Source of the DNA: an uncultured Clostridia bacterium
GTDB taxonomy: Bacteria > Bacillota > Clostridia > Oscillospirales > Acutalibacteraceae
Assembly: GCA_947567585.1 (NCBI GenBank)
Contig: CANONE010000001.1
Span: 1 to 40,910, forward strand
DNA: 40,910 nucleotides
Direction: 5' to 3'
The notes beneath the pieces were generated by a model. It was not told the DNA's origin. It worked only from the letters and a program-made list of their open reading frames with translations, and did no database searches. The translations under genes were made by a program, and so were the position numbers. Shown here piece by piece: positions 8,122 through 16,685 of the stretch (position 1 is its first letter; the number at the start of each line of letters is the position of its first letter).

Positions 8122-9063
8122 TTACGCCGGCAGGCTGATGCCGCCCAGCTCCGCCATGATCTCGTCCCGCATGCGGACAGCCTCCCGGCGGGCGGCCCCG
8201 GCGAAATCCGCAGGGTCGCAGCCCTCCTTCTGCCAAGCGCACATAATGGCCCGGGAGGAATTGACAATAGCGCCCAGCCCGTGCTTGTCAAAGCCCATGG
8301 CCACGTCCTTGGCCGCGCCGCCCTGGGCCCCGTAGCCGGGAACCAGGAAGAAGGTATCCGGCAAAGCCTTACGCAGCTCCCGGAGCTGCTTGGGGTAGGT
8401 GGCCCCTACCACGGCCCCTACGCCGCTGTAGCCGTATTTTCCCGGAAGCTTCTGCCCCCATTTTTGGCACATATTGCCCATGGCCCGGTATAGGGGCTCG
8501 TACATAGCGTGAAGCATCTGGTCCTGGAACTCCCCCGCAGAGGGGTTGGAGGTCTTGGCCAACACAAAGATCCCCTTGTCCTTGGCCGCGCACACGCCCA
8601 ACAGCGGGTCGATGCCGTCGGTGCCCAGGTAGCCGTTGACAGTGAGGGCGTCCGCGCCAAAGGCTTCAAAGGTTTCCCCTTCCACGTCGGTGGCGCCCAG
8701 ATGGGCGGCGGCATATGCCTGCATGGTAGCGCCAATGTCGTTGCGCTTGCCGTCGGTGATGACGAAAAGCCCTTTCTCCTTGGCGTAGGCGATGGTCTCT
8801 GTTAAGGCCCGTACGCCTTGCCAGCCGTACAGCTCATAATAGGCCGCCTGGGGCTTCACAGCCGGAACAATGTCCCGCAGCCCGTCAATCAGCCCCTTAT
8901 TGAAGGCCAAAAGCGCCTGGGCCGCCCCCTCTAAATTCCTGCCGTACTTCTCAAAGCACTCCTCCTTGATATAGCCGGGGATGTAGTCCAGCTTGGGGTC
9001 CAGCCCCGCCACAGTGGGATTCTGCCTTTTCATGATATTTTCCAACAAGCGGTCCATTGACAT
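8122..9063 (-). CDS. pyrF: Orotidine-5'-phosphate decarboxylase
   Basis: VAGLDP, AVKPQAAYYE, DGKRNDIGAT, KTSNP, VVGATYP, LVPGYGAQGG, NSSR. Confidence 0.97.
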   Translation of the reverse strand: MSMDRLLENIMKRQNPTVAGLDPKLDYIPGYIKEECFEKYGRNLEGAAQALLAFNKGLIDGLRDIVPAVKPQAAYYELYGWQGVRALTETIAYAKEKGLFVITDGKRNDIGATMQAYAAAHLGATDVEGETFEAFGADALTVNGYLGTDGIDPLLGVCAAKDKGIFVLAKTSNPSAGEFQDQMLHAMYEPLYRAMGNMCQKWGQKLPGKYGYSGVGAVVGATYPKQLRELRKALPDTFFLVPGYGAQGGAAKDVAMGFDKHGLGAIVNSSRAIMCAWQKEGCDPADFAGAARREAVRMRDEIMAELGGISLPA

Positions 9064-9115
9064 AGGTGGTTCCTCCTCTATATTCCAGTTATATATATAT
9101 TTGTGTGTGCGGTTC

Positions 9116-10372
9116 TCACGTCAATTGGTAGACCTTGCGTCCCCTGGAAAAGGTCATTACGACTCTTCCTGTCAGCTCCATGCCCTTAAAGGGGGTATTT
9201 CTGCTCTTCCCGTGAAGCTTCTCCGGGTCTACCCTCCACTTCATGTCCGGGTCAAAGAGCAGGATATCCGCCGGAGCGCCCGGAGCCAGGGTCCCGCCGG
9301 GAATGCCTAAGATCCTGGCCGGAGCCGCGCTCATCTTTTGGATCACCTTGCCCAGAGCCGTCCGCCCCCTTAAAGCCGTTAGGACAGCGGCTAAGGAGGT
9401 CTCCATACCAATGGAGCCGTTGGGCGCGGTGATGAAATCCGCCTTTTCCTCAGGCGTGTGGGGCGCGTGGTCTGTAGAAATGGCGTCCAGGGTTCCGTCC
9501 AGCAGGCCCTCCATTAAGGCTTCCCGGTCGGATTCGTCTCCCAGAGGCGGGTTCATGCGGTAGTCCGCGTCCATGCTCTCCAGGGCTTGATCCGTAAGCA
9601 GGAGATAGTGGGGGCAGGTCTCGGCGGTGACCTTCACACCCCGGGCCTTGGCGTCCCGAATCAGCGCCACGGAGCCGCGGGTGCTTACATGGCAGATATG
9701 TACCGCCGCGCCTAAGCTGGCCGCCGCCGCGATTTCCCGGGCCACGCCGCAATCCTCCGCAGCCCGGGGCACGCCCTTTATCCCCAGCCGCCGGGAAACC
9801 TCCCCCTGGTTCATCAGCCCGCCGGCGGCCAAGTCTACGTCCTCGCAGTGCGCGGCCACCGGCACGCCCAGGGCCCAGGCTCTTTCCAGCGCCTCCAGCA
9901 GACAGCCGCTTCTGCCCACTGGCTTGCCGTCATCGCTAAAGGCGATGGCTCCCGCCGCTTTCAGGGCAGGGAAATCTGTAAGAGCTTGCCCCTTCATACC
10001 CTGGGTGACGCAGGCCGCTGTATACACCGTGGCATCCGCGCCGCTGGCTTTTTCTAAAAGCGCCCGGACCAGCTCCGGCGAATCCATGGCCGGGGTTGTG
10101 TTGGGCATAGCCAACAGACTGGTCACACCGCCTGCTGCGGCGGCCCGGCACGCTGTGAACACATCTTCCTTATGGGTCTGTCCTGGGTCCCGAAGATGGA
10201 CATGCATGTCCACAAGACCGGGGGCGGCGGCCAGACCCCCGCCGTCAATCACCTGGTCCGGCGCTCCGGAAAGCTTGTCCACCATCCGGCCATCCTCCCA
10301 AAACAATTCTCCCGGGCCGTCCAGCCGCCGGACAGGGTCTATTAGTCTGACATTCTTGAGATGATATCGCAT
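9116..10372 (-). CDS. pyrC: Dihydroorotase
   Basis: PGLVDMHVHLRDPG, AMPNT, HCED, HICHVS, MNPPL, STDHAPH, SRNTPF. Confidence 0.96.
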   Translation of the reverse strand: MRYHLKNVRLIDPVRRLDGPGELFWEDGRMVDKLSGAPDQVIDGGGLAAAPGLVDMHVHLRDPGQTHKEDVFTACRAAAAGGVTSLLAMPNTTPAMDSPELVRALLEKASGADATVYTAACVTQGMKGQALTDFPALKAAGAIAFSDDGKPVGRSGCLLEALERAWALGVPVAAHCEDVDLAAGGLMNQGEVSRRLGIKGVPRAAEDCGVAREIAAAASLGAAVHICHVSTRGSVALIRDAKARGVKVTAETCPHYLLLTDQALESMDADYRMNPPLGDESDREALMEGLLDGTLDAISTDHAPHTPEEKADFITAPNGSIGMETSLAAVLTALRGRTALGKVIQKMSAAPARILGIPGGTLAPGAPADILLFDPDMKWRVDPEKLHGKSRNTPFKGMELTGRVVMTFSRGRKVYQLT

Positions 10373-10411
10373 ATTCCACAACCTTCCTCATAGGGTCCCC
10401 GCTTTTTATAC

Positions 10412-10445
10412 AAAAACAGCCCCGCTCATTTCTGAGCCGGAGCTG
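10412..10445 (-). terminator. Terminator-like hairpin in the pyrC leader
   Basis: Minus strand CAGCTCCGGCTC-AGAAAT-GAGCGGGGCTG-TTTTT about 40 nt upstream of pyrC. Confidence 0.55.
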
Positions 10446-10602
10446 CGCCGCCGCTTCTGCCTTTAGTAAAAAATCCGGATAAAACCCGAAAAAATACGGG
10501 AAGTAGACAAAAGAAAAAGCCGCCCCAGACGCCGCGCCCTGCCTGCCATCCAGCCGCCCACACTCCCATGCCTGCTACTCCCCCTTCTCTTTCGCTTTTT
10601 GT

Positions 10603-10631
10603 ATCTTACCATATGTCCCCGGTTTTTGCAA
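10603..10631 (-). promoter_or_regulatory. Putative sigma-A promoter of the pyr operon
   Basis: TTGCAA-17bp-TAAGAT with TG extension. Confidence 0.55.
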
Positions 10632-10697
10632 GAGCTTTTTATCGCCGCGCCAGGGCCCTGCCAAAAGGCAAGGCTTAGAGGAACGTATTGTAACGCC

Positions 10698-10726
10698 TTG
10701 ACATGGTCCGCCCCATGCGGTACGAT
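10698..10726 (+). promoter_or_regulatory. Sigma-A promoter of the response regulator
   Basis: TTGACA-17bp-TACGAT. Confidence 0.7.
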
Positions 10727-10745
10727 ATATGTAGGAGGCGGTATT

Positions 10746-10820
10746 GTGACAGTGGAGATAAATGGCTATCTGGAAAAGCGCATCGGTATCCGTGGCCTTT
10801 GCCCGCCGCGGAACGGGTAA
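10746..10820 (+). CDS. Possible 24-aa leader/small ORF (MTVEINGYLEKRIGIRGLCPPRNG)
   Basis: AGGAGG 7 nt before GTG, directly after the promoter; stop abuts the RBS of the regulator. Confidence 0.4.
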   Translation: MTVEINGYLEKRIGIRGLCPPRNG

Positions 10821-10832
10821 GGAGGAGCTGCC

Positions 10833-11507
10833 TTGGACACCATACTTGTTATTGACGATGATTTGCATATCGGAAACCTCCTGGAGGAGATCCTCACCCG
10901 GGCGGGCTACCGGGTGACCCGGGCCTACTCCGGGACGGAAGCCCTGCTGTTGCTAAACGGCGGCCTGCCGGACCTGGTGCTTTTGGATCTTATGCTCCCC
11001 GGCCTCTCCGGGGAAGAGCTTTTGCCAAAAATCGAGGGCATCCCCGTGATTGTGGTCAGCGCTAAAGCGGGAATTGACAACAAGGTGGAACTTTTGATGG
11101 GAGGAGCCGCGGACTACATCACCAAGCCCTTTGACACCCGGGAGCTGTTGGCCCGGGTAGCGGCGCGGCTGCGGGAGGCTTCCTGCGGGGAGGGGGGCCG
11201 GCGGGAGAGAAACCAGCTGCGCTATCAGGGGTTTACCCTGCACACGGATACCCACAGCGTCTTTTTGGGCGGCCAGGAAATCCGGCTGACCCCTACGGAA
11301 TACGCCATCCTCCACCAGCTGATGCGCAATCCCCGGCAGGTGGTGACCAAGTCCCAGCTGCTGGACAACCTGGCGGAGGACACCCCGGACTGCACGGAAA
11401 GCTCCCTTAAAACCCACATCAGCAACCTGCGCCGGAAGCTGCGAAGCGCCGGAGATGAGGAATACATCGAGGCTGTGTGGGGCATCGGCTTTAAGATGCG
11501 GTCTTAG
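10833..11507 (+). CDS. OmpR/PhoB family response regulator
   Basis: ILVIDDD, DLVLLDLMLPG, GAADYITKPF, winged helix ending VWGIGF; TTG start with GGAGG RBS. Confidence 0.95.
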   Translation: MDTILVIDDDLHIGNLLEEILTRAGYRVTRAYSGTEALLLLNGGLPDLVLLDLMLPGLSGEELLPKIEGIPVIVVSAKAGIDNKVELLMGGAADYITKPFDTRELLARVAARLREASCGEGGRRERNQLRYQGFTLHTDTHSVFLGGQEIRLTPTEYAILHQLMRNPRQVVTKSQLLDNLAEDTPDCTESSLKTHISNLRRKLRSAGDEEYIEAVWGIGFKMRS

Positions 11508-11668
11508 GAGCTGTGCCAATAGCCCCGGCACGCATCTTTGCGGCCAAAACCGCCGTTGACATCGTTAATAAGGCTTGAAATGCATCCAGTATTCCTGCGC
11601 TTTTTTGCCTGGCCAACAATGATTTTGTCTCGCGAACCTGCGCGCTTCGTCTAATGGTACGCTTCTTA
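11505..11668. mobile_element. MITE-like 164-bp element
   Basis: TA at both ends, imperfect terminal inverted repeats (12/18), nested internal inverted arms, non-coding. Confidence 0.55.
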
Positions 11669-11705
11669 ACTAAATCTTAACTCTTTTCTTTACCGGTTTC
11701 TTAAC
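11664..11705 (+). promoter_or_regulatory. Four TCTT(A/T)AC direct repeats, putative response-regulator binding site
   Basis: Repeats start at 11664, 11675, 11687, 11699, upstream of the ABC operon. Confidence 0.55.
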
Positions 11706-11749
11706 CTTTGGGGCGTATCCTTTTTTCATCAACTCAAGGAGGTATCCCA

Positions 11750-12676
11750 ATGGAATATGTACTGCAAACCCAGGCCCTGGGCAAGAGCTACCGGAAGTTC
11801 ACGGCGCTGGAAAACCTGACCATGTCTGTGCCCAAAGGGGCCATTTACGGCCTGGTGGGCAAAAACGGCGCGGGAAAGACCACCCTGCTGCGGCTTATCT
11901 GCGGGCTTCAGACGCCCACCTACGGTACCTACAGCCTATATGGGCGCAACAACCAGGAGCCGGGGATTATCAAGGCCCGGCGGCGCATGGGGGCTGTGGT
12001 AGAGACCCCTTCCATCTGTCTGGACATGAGCGCGGAAAATAACCTCCGGCAGCAGTGCCGGGTGCTGGGGCTGCCGGACTTCTCCTGCGTCCCGGAGCTT
12101 TTGGAACTGGTGGGTCTGGAGGGGACCGGCAAGAAAAAGGCCAAGAATTTCTCTTTGGGCATGCGCCAGCGGCTGGGCATTGCCGTGGCCCTGTGCGGCG
12201 GACCGGACTTTTTGGTGCTGGACGAGCCCGTCAACGGCCTGGACCCCCAGGGCATTGTGGAAATTCGGGAGCTGATCTTAAAGCTCAACCGGGAGCGGGA
12301 CATCACGGTGCTGATTTCCAGCCATATTTTGGAGGAGCTCCACAAGCTGGCCACCCACTACGGCTTTATTGATTCCGGCAGAATGCTGCGGCAGGTCAGC
12401 GCCGAAGAGCTGGAAGCCACCTGCCGCAAGTGCGTGCGGGCGGACGTCTCCGACACCCAGGCGGCGGCGCTGGCCCTGGATGGGCTGGGGGTAGATTATA
12501 AGATTCTGGAGGGCAAGCAGGTGGACGTTTTCGACGTGGTGAACACCGGCAAGCTGGTGCAGGCTCTCAGCGATGCGGGCTGCGAGGTCTATTCGGTGCA
12601 GAACCACGACGAGAGCCTGGAAAGCTATTTCTTAAGCCTTGTGGGCGCGGGGAAGGGAGGCGAGGGCCATGCGTAA
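11750..12676 (+). CDS. ABC transporter ATP-binding protein (BcrA/LanF-like)
   Basis: GKNGAGKT, FSLGMRQRL, LVLDEPVNGLDP, SSH; AGGAGG RBS before ATG 11750. Confidence 0.93.
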   Translation: MEYVLQTQALGKSYRKFTALENLTMSVPKGAIYGLVGKNGAGKTTLLRLICGLQTPTYGTYSLYGRNNQEPGIIKARRRMGAVVETPSICLDMSAENNLRQQCRVLGLPDFSCVPELLELVGLEGTGKKKAKNFSLGMRQRLGIAVALCGGPDFLVLDEPVNGLDPQGIVEIRELILKLNRERDITVLISSHILEELHKLATHYGFIDSGRMLRQVSAEELEATCRKCVRADVSDTQAAALALDGLGVDYKILEGKQVDVFDVVNTGKLVQALSDAGCEVYSVQNHDESLESYFLSLVGAGKGGEGHA

Positions 12677-13601
12677 GCTGCTTGCCGCCAACTTTTACGC
12701 CATGTCCCGCTCCCTTCGTTTCTGGCTGGGAGTCTTTATGATGGCCGCCACGGCCGTTTACGCTGGAGTAGACGCCCGGAAAATGCTGGACATGAATGTG
12801 AACAATGCCATCGACGCCAACGCGCTGCTGTTTGTGCCGCTGCTGTTTCTGGTGCTGCCCGCTTTGGGAGCGCTGTTTATCAATACGGACTACCACGATG
12901 GCACCATCCGGAACAAAATCACCGTAGGCCGCAGCCGGACGGCGGTGTATCTTGCCAACCTGATTTCCGTCTACCTCAGCGGACTGTTCTATATGGCTGT
13001 TTATACCGTTATTTTCCTGCCCTTGTCCATGGCGCTGGGCTGCGGCCTTTCAGACCCAAGGGCCTATGCCGCAAAGCTGGCGCTGCTGATGCTGGTCTTT
13101 CTTTCGCTGGCGGCAGTCGCCGTGCTGCTGGCCTCGCTGATTGCCTCCCGGTCCGTGCTGGTGGTATGCGCCTTTCTGGCCTTTACGCTGATGTTTGGCT
13201 CAGCCGCTCTCAATGTGATGCTGGAAGAGCCCCAAATGATCGATGATTTTGACGGCGTGATGATGACCACCGAGACAAACAACGACGGGCGGGTGATTAT
13301 GCAGTATACAGATTCCCAGGGCAACCCCATTTCCCCCGAAGACATGAAAACCATTCCCAACCCCCGCTACATCCCCCAGCCCTGGCGCGGGGTGCTGCGC
13401 ACGGTCAACGACGTCCAGCCGGGGGGCCAGATGTGGGAGATCCTGCAAAACGGTCACACGGACTACACGGGTTCTGGCAGCGAGCGCCTGGAGATTACCG
13501 TACAGACCCCCTACTGGCTCATAGCTCTCTACGCCCTGGCGGTTACGCTGGTATCCACAGCGGCCGGACTGGCGCTCTTTTCCCGTAAAGACATAAAATA
13601 A
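12669..13601 (+). CDS. ABC-2 type permease
   Basis: Several hydrophobic helices, DYHDGTIRNKITVGRSR loop, C-terminal FSRKDIK; overlaps ATPase stop. Confidence 0.88.
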   Translation: MRKLLAANFYAMSRSLRFWLGVFMMAATAVYAGVDARKMLDMNVNNAIDANALLFVPLLFLVLPALGALFINTDYHDGTIRNKITVGRSRTAVYLANLISVYLSGLFYMAVYTVIFLPLSMALGCGLSDPRAYAAKLALLMLVFLSLAAVAVLLASLIASRSVLVVCAFLAFTLMFGSAALNVMLEEPQMIDDFDGVMMTTETNNDGRVIMQYTDSQGNPISPEDMKTIPNPRYIPQPWRGVLRTVNDVQPGGQMWEILQNGHTDYTGSGSERLEITVQTPYWLIALYALAVTLVSTAAGLALFSRKDIK

Positions 13602-13619
13602 CAGAAGCGAGGAATAAAA

Positions 13620-14507
13620 ATGGAGTTCTTGTGGGTTCTGCTGGGGCTGGCGGCAGCGGTGATTGGGCTGCTGGCGGCGAAGATTTTCCTCATGCGCAAA
13701 GCGGCCGGGGAAATCGCCCGGGGCTTTGCCGAGAAGCTGCGTACCGACACCAACACGCTTATTGACATTTCCACCCGGGACCGGGCCATGCGGGACCTGG
13801 CTTCCGGCGTCAATGAGGAGCTCCGCCGCCTGCAGGTCCTGCGCCGCCGCTACCGCCAGGGGGATCTGGAACTGAAAGCCGCCGTCACCAACATTTCCCA
13901 CGACCTGCGCACGCCCCTCACGGCCATCTGCGGCTACCTGGAACTGCTGGAGGGCGAGGACAAGTCCCCTCAGGCGGCGGAATACCTGGAGATCATCCAG
14001 GGCCGGGCCTTGCTGCTGCGGCAGCTGACCGAGGAATTGTTCCGCTACTGCGTGGTGCTCAGCGACCCTGACGGGCTTACTGCGGAGCCCGTCAGCCTGA
14101 ACGCGGCGCTGGAAAACTCTCTGGCGGCCTTTTACGCGGAGCTTACGGAGCGGGGGATTCAGCCGCAGGTCCGTATGCCCCCGGAAAAGGTGGTGCGGCG
14201 GCTGGACCGCGCCGCCCTTTCCCGGGTATTCTCCAATCTTCTTAGCAATGCCGTTAAATACAGCGACGGCGATTTGGAGGTGACCCTGACTCCCCGCGGG
14301 GCGGTGGTTTTCGCCAATTCCAGCCGGAGCCTCAGCAGCGTGGAGGTGCAAAAGCTCTTTGACCGCTTCTACACGGTGGAGGCGGCCCGGAAGTCCACGG
14401 GTCTGGGGCTGTCCATTGCCAGGGCGCTGACGGAACGCATGGGAGGCGAGCTGACGGCGGACTATATCTCCGGCAAGCTGGTGATTACGGCGGTGTTTTT
14501 GGCTTGA
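13620..14507 (+). CDS. Sensor histidine kinase (single N-terminal TM)
   Basis: ISHDLRTPLT H-box, NLLSNAVKY, LFDRFY, STGLGLSIA. Confidence 0.93.
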   Translation: MEFLWVLLGLAAAVIGLLAAKIFLMRKAAGEIARGFAEKLRTDTNTLIDISTRDRAMRDLASGVNEELRRLQVLRRRYRQGDLELKAAVTNISHDLRTPLTAICGYLELLEGEDKSPQAAEYLEIIQGRALLLRQLTEELFRYCVVLSDPDGLTAEPVSLNAALENSLAAFYAELTERGIQPQVRMPPEKVVRRLDRAALSRVFSNLLSNAVKYSDGDLEVTLTPRGAVVFANSSRSLSSVEVQKLFDRFYTVEAARKSTGLGLSIARALTERMGGELTADYISGKLVITAVFLA

Positions 14508-14518
14508 GGGAAAAGTCA

Positions 14519-14575
14519 CGGGGCTCTGCCCCCCCACCCTGCAAACCTTTTGTAATAGTTTCAATCAAAACTTTT
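14519..14575 (+). repeat. Double-hairpin intergenic repeat, copy B (degenerate second stem)
   Basis: GGGGC-TCT-GCCCC...ACCCTGCAAACCTTTTGTAATAGTTTCAATCAAAACTTTT. Confidence 0.6.
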
Positions 14576-14692
14576 CCTCCGCATTTTTCGAAGTTGAACA
14601 GGCAGCTTGCGGGGGGAGCAGGGGGCTGCCGCTTGTCTTTATAGACGGTCTGGGCGCTGGTTTGCGCTGGGGCCGTCTTTTTTTGGCGGTAC

Positions 14693-14721
14693 TTGCAAAG
14701 GACGAGATTCTTTGCTATAAT
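14693..14721 (+). promoter_or_regulatory. Sigma-A promoter (extended -10)
   Basis: TTGCAA-17bp-TATAAT with TG extension. Confidence 0.75.
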
Positions 14722-14761
14722 ATAAATAGAACAAAATTTCGATTCAGGAGGGGAAAACGAG

Positions 14762-15064
14762 ATGAGGCTAAAGATGTTGAGCTTGGACCTGGCCCAGGGC
14801 TTTATTGGGAACGGCGGGCGGCCTTCCGCTACGAACCAGAGGGAATTGGCGCAAATGCGGGGCTATTTGGAGCTGGGCCTGCGCACCCAGCTGACAGCGC
14901 GCCAGCAGGAGTGCGTCCGCCTCTACTACTACGAGGGCCTTACCCTGGAACAGACCGGAGAGCGTATGGGCATCTGCGAGTCAGCGGCATGCAAGCACAT
15001 AAAAAAGGCCCGGGAACGCCTCCGGACCTTCTTAGAAACCGCGCAACAACTAGGGCTCGTTTGA
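14762..15064 (+). CDS. Stand-alone sigma-70 region 4 HTH protein
   Basis: LTARQQECVRLYYYEGLTLEQTGERMGICESAACKHIKKARERLR; AGGAGG RBS. Confidence 0.85.
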   Translation: MRLKMLSLDLAQGFIGNGGRPSATNQRELAQMRGYLELGLRTQLTARQQECVRLYYYEGLTLEQTGERMGICESAACKHIKKARERLRTFLETAQQLGLV

Positions 15065-15162
15065 AAAAATCAAAAACGCCGTCTTTTTGCCCGCAAACTT
15101 CCTGTACAAACCGGCCAAACCCGGCGCAAAAGCTTTCACCGCCTAGCCTCCCAGGTCTCCCT

Positions 15163-16629
15163 TCAGTTCCGTTTCCAGGCAGTAGGGGTGAAAAGCATGA
15201 TCATCGGGAAGATTTCCAGGCGGCCGGCCAGCATGTCGAAGCTGAGGACCAGCTTGCTCAAAATAGAAAAGCCGCTGAAATTCCCCATGGGGCCCACTGT
15301 GTCCAGGCCCGGGCCGATGTTATTGAGACAGGCGATGACAGCGGTGGCGTTGGTCTCCAGAGAGAACTCGTCCACCGCAATAAGCAGCATGGAGCTGACG
15401 ATAATCATCAGGTAAATAGCCAGATAGGTGAAAGTGTTCTGAATCACATCCTCGTCTACCGCCTGGCCGTCCATGTGGACCTGAGACACCGACCGGGGCC
15501 GGAGCATCCGCCGGACGCTGCGCCGCCCAGACTTAAACAGCAGCAGCACCCTGGCCGCCTTGATACCGCCGCCAGTGGAGCCCGCGCAGGCCCCCAAGAA
15601 CATCAGCGATACTAAGATGGTCTTGGAGAGAGCCGGCCACTGGTTGAAATCCGCTGTGGCAAAGCCCGTGGTGGTCATAATGGAGGATACCTGGAAGGCC
15701 GCGTGGTGCAAAGCGGCGCCCACCTGGGTATAGGTCCCCCGGGCAAAGACATCCCAGGCGATGATGGCCATGCTGGCCGCCATCACCCCCAGATAGAGCC
15801 AAAGCTCCTGGTTTCGCAGAACCTTGGAAAACTGCCGCAGAAGCAGAAGATAAAAAATGCTGAAGTTGATTCCGAACAAAGCCATAAATACCGTGCAGAC
15901 TGTCTGTAGGTAGGGGCTATAGCTCATCAGACTGTCGTTTTTGATGGCAAAGCCGCCGGTGCCCGCCGTACCGAAAGCGGTGGTAACGCTGTCAAACAGG
16001 GGCATGCCGCCTGCCAGCAGCAGGATAATCTGCAAAAGCGTAAGGCCGATGTAAATGGTGTAGAGGATCTTCGCGCTGTCTTGCAGCTTGGGCACCAGTT
16101 TGTCCACTTGAGGGCCAGGGCTTTCCGCGCGCATCACATGCATCAGCGAGTTTTTCCCCTTTCCCATGGGCATCACCGCCAAAAGAAAGACCAGCACCCC
16201 CATGCCCCCCAGCCAGTGGGTAAAGCTGCGCCAGTAGAGAAGACCTAAAGGCAGGCCCTCGATTTCAGTAAGGATACTGGCCCCGGTGGTGGTAAAGCCG
16301 GATACGGTCTCGAAAAGGCTGTCTACATAATTGGGAATAGCCCCGCTGAGGAAAAACGGTATGGCCCCCACCATGGACACCACCACCCAGCACAGGGCCA
16401 CGCTGAGAAAGCCCTCGCGGGCCCCAATCTGCCGGTCTTTGGGGGGCAGCAAATAGGTGGAAAGGCTCAGAAGACCCGCCCCGGCAATGGTAGCGCCGGT
16501 TCCAACGGCCGCCGCCGCCTCCCCAAGACAGATGGAGATCACCAGCGAAGGCAGCAGACATACCGCCTCCACCCGCAAAATGTAACAAATCAACCGCAAA
16601 ATCATCCGGTGATTCATATATTCATACAT
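15163..16629 (-). CDS. trkH: Trk potassium uptake membrane protein (start may be 16617)
   Basis: FETVSGFTTTG, GTAGTGG, TTTGFAT, GSTGGGIK, LNNIGPG, GRLEIFP. Confidence 0.95.
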   Translation of the reverse strand: MYEYMNHRMILRLICYILRVEAVCLLPSLVISICLGEAAAAVGTGATIAGAGLLSLSTYLLPPKDRQIGAREGFLSVALCWVVVSMVGAIPFFLSGAIPNYVDSLFETVSGFTTTGASILTEIEGLPLGLLYWRSFTHWLGGMGVLVFLLAVMPMGKGKNSLMHVMRAESPGPQVDKLVPKLQDSAKILYTIYIGLTLLQIILLLAGGMPLFDSVTTAFGTAGTGGFAIKNDSLMSYSPYLQTVCTVFMALFGINFSIFYLLLLRQFSKVLRNQELWLYLGVMAASMAIIAWDVFARGTYTQVGAALHHAAFQVSSIMTTTGFATADFNQWPALSKTILVSLMFLGACAGSTGGGIKAARVLLLFKSGRRSVRRMLRPRSVSQVHMDGQAVDEDVIQNTFTYLAIYLMIIVSSMLLIAVDEFSLETNATAVIACLNNIGPGLDTVGPMGNFSGFSILSKLVLSFDMLAGRLEIFPMIMLFTPTAWKRN

Positions 16630-16685
16630 CTACCTTTCATATTTGTGGTCAGTGGGCTGAGGCCGCCGGGCAGCGCTTCCGCAGC

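Noticed and set aside
9089..9109. Short (TA)n/(TG)n run between pyrC and pyrF
   Set aside because: Too short and outside promoter or coding sequence to suggest phase variation.
13200..14564. 454-aa minus-strand ORF and similar long shadow ORFs (16926-18281, 20148-21200, 25182-26297)
   Set aside because: Antisense to well-supported genes, no motifs; expected in GC-rich DNA.
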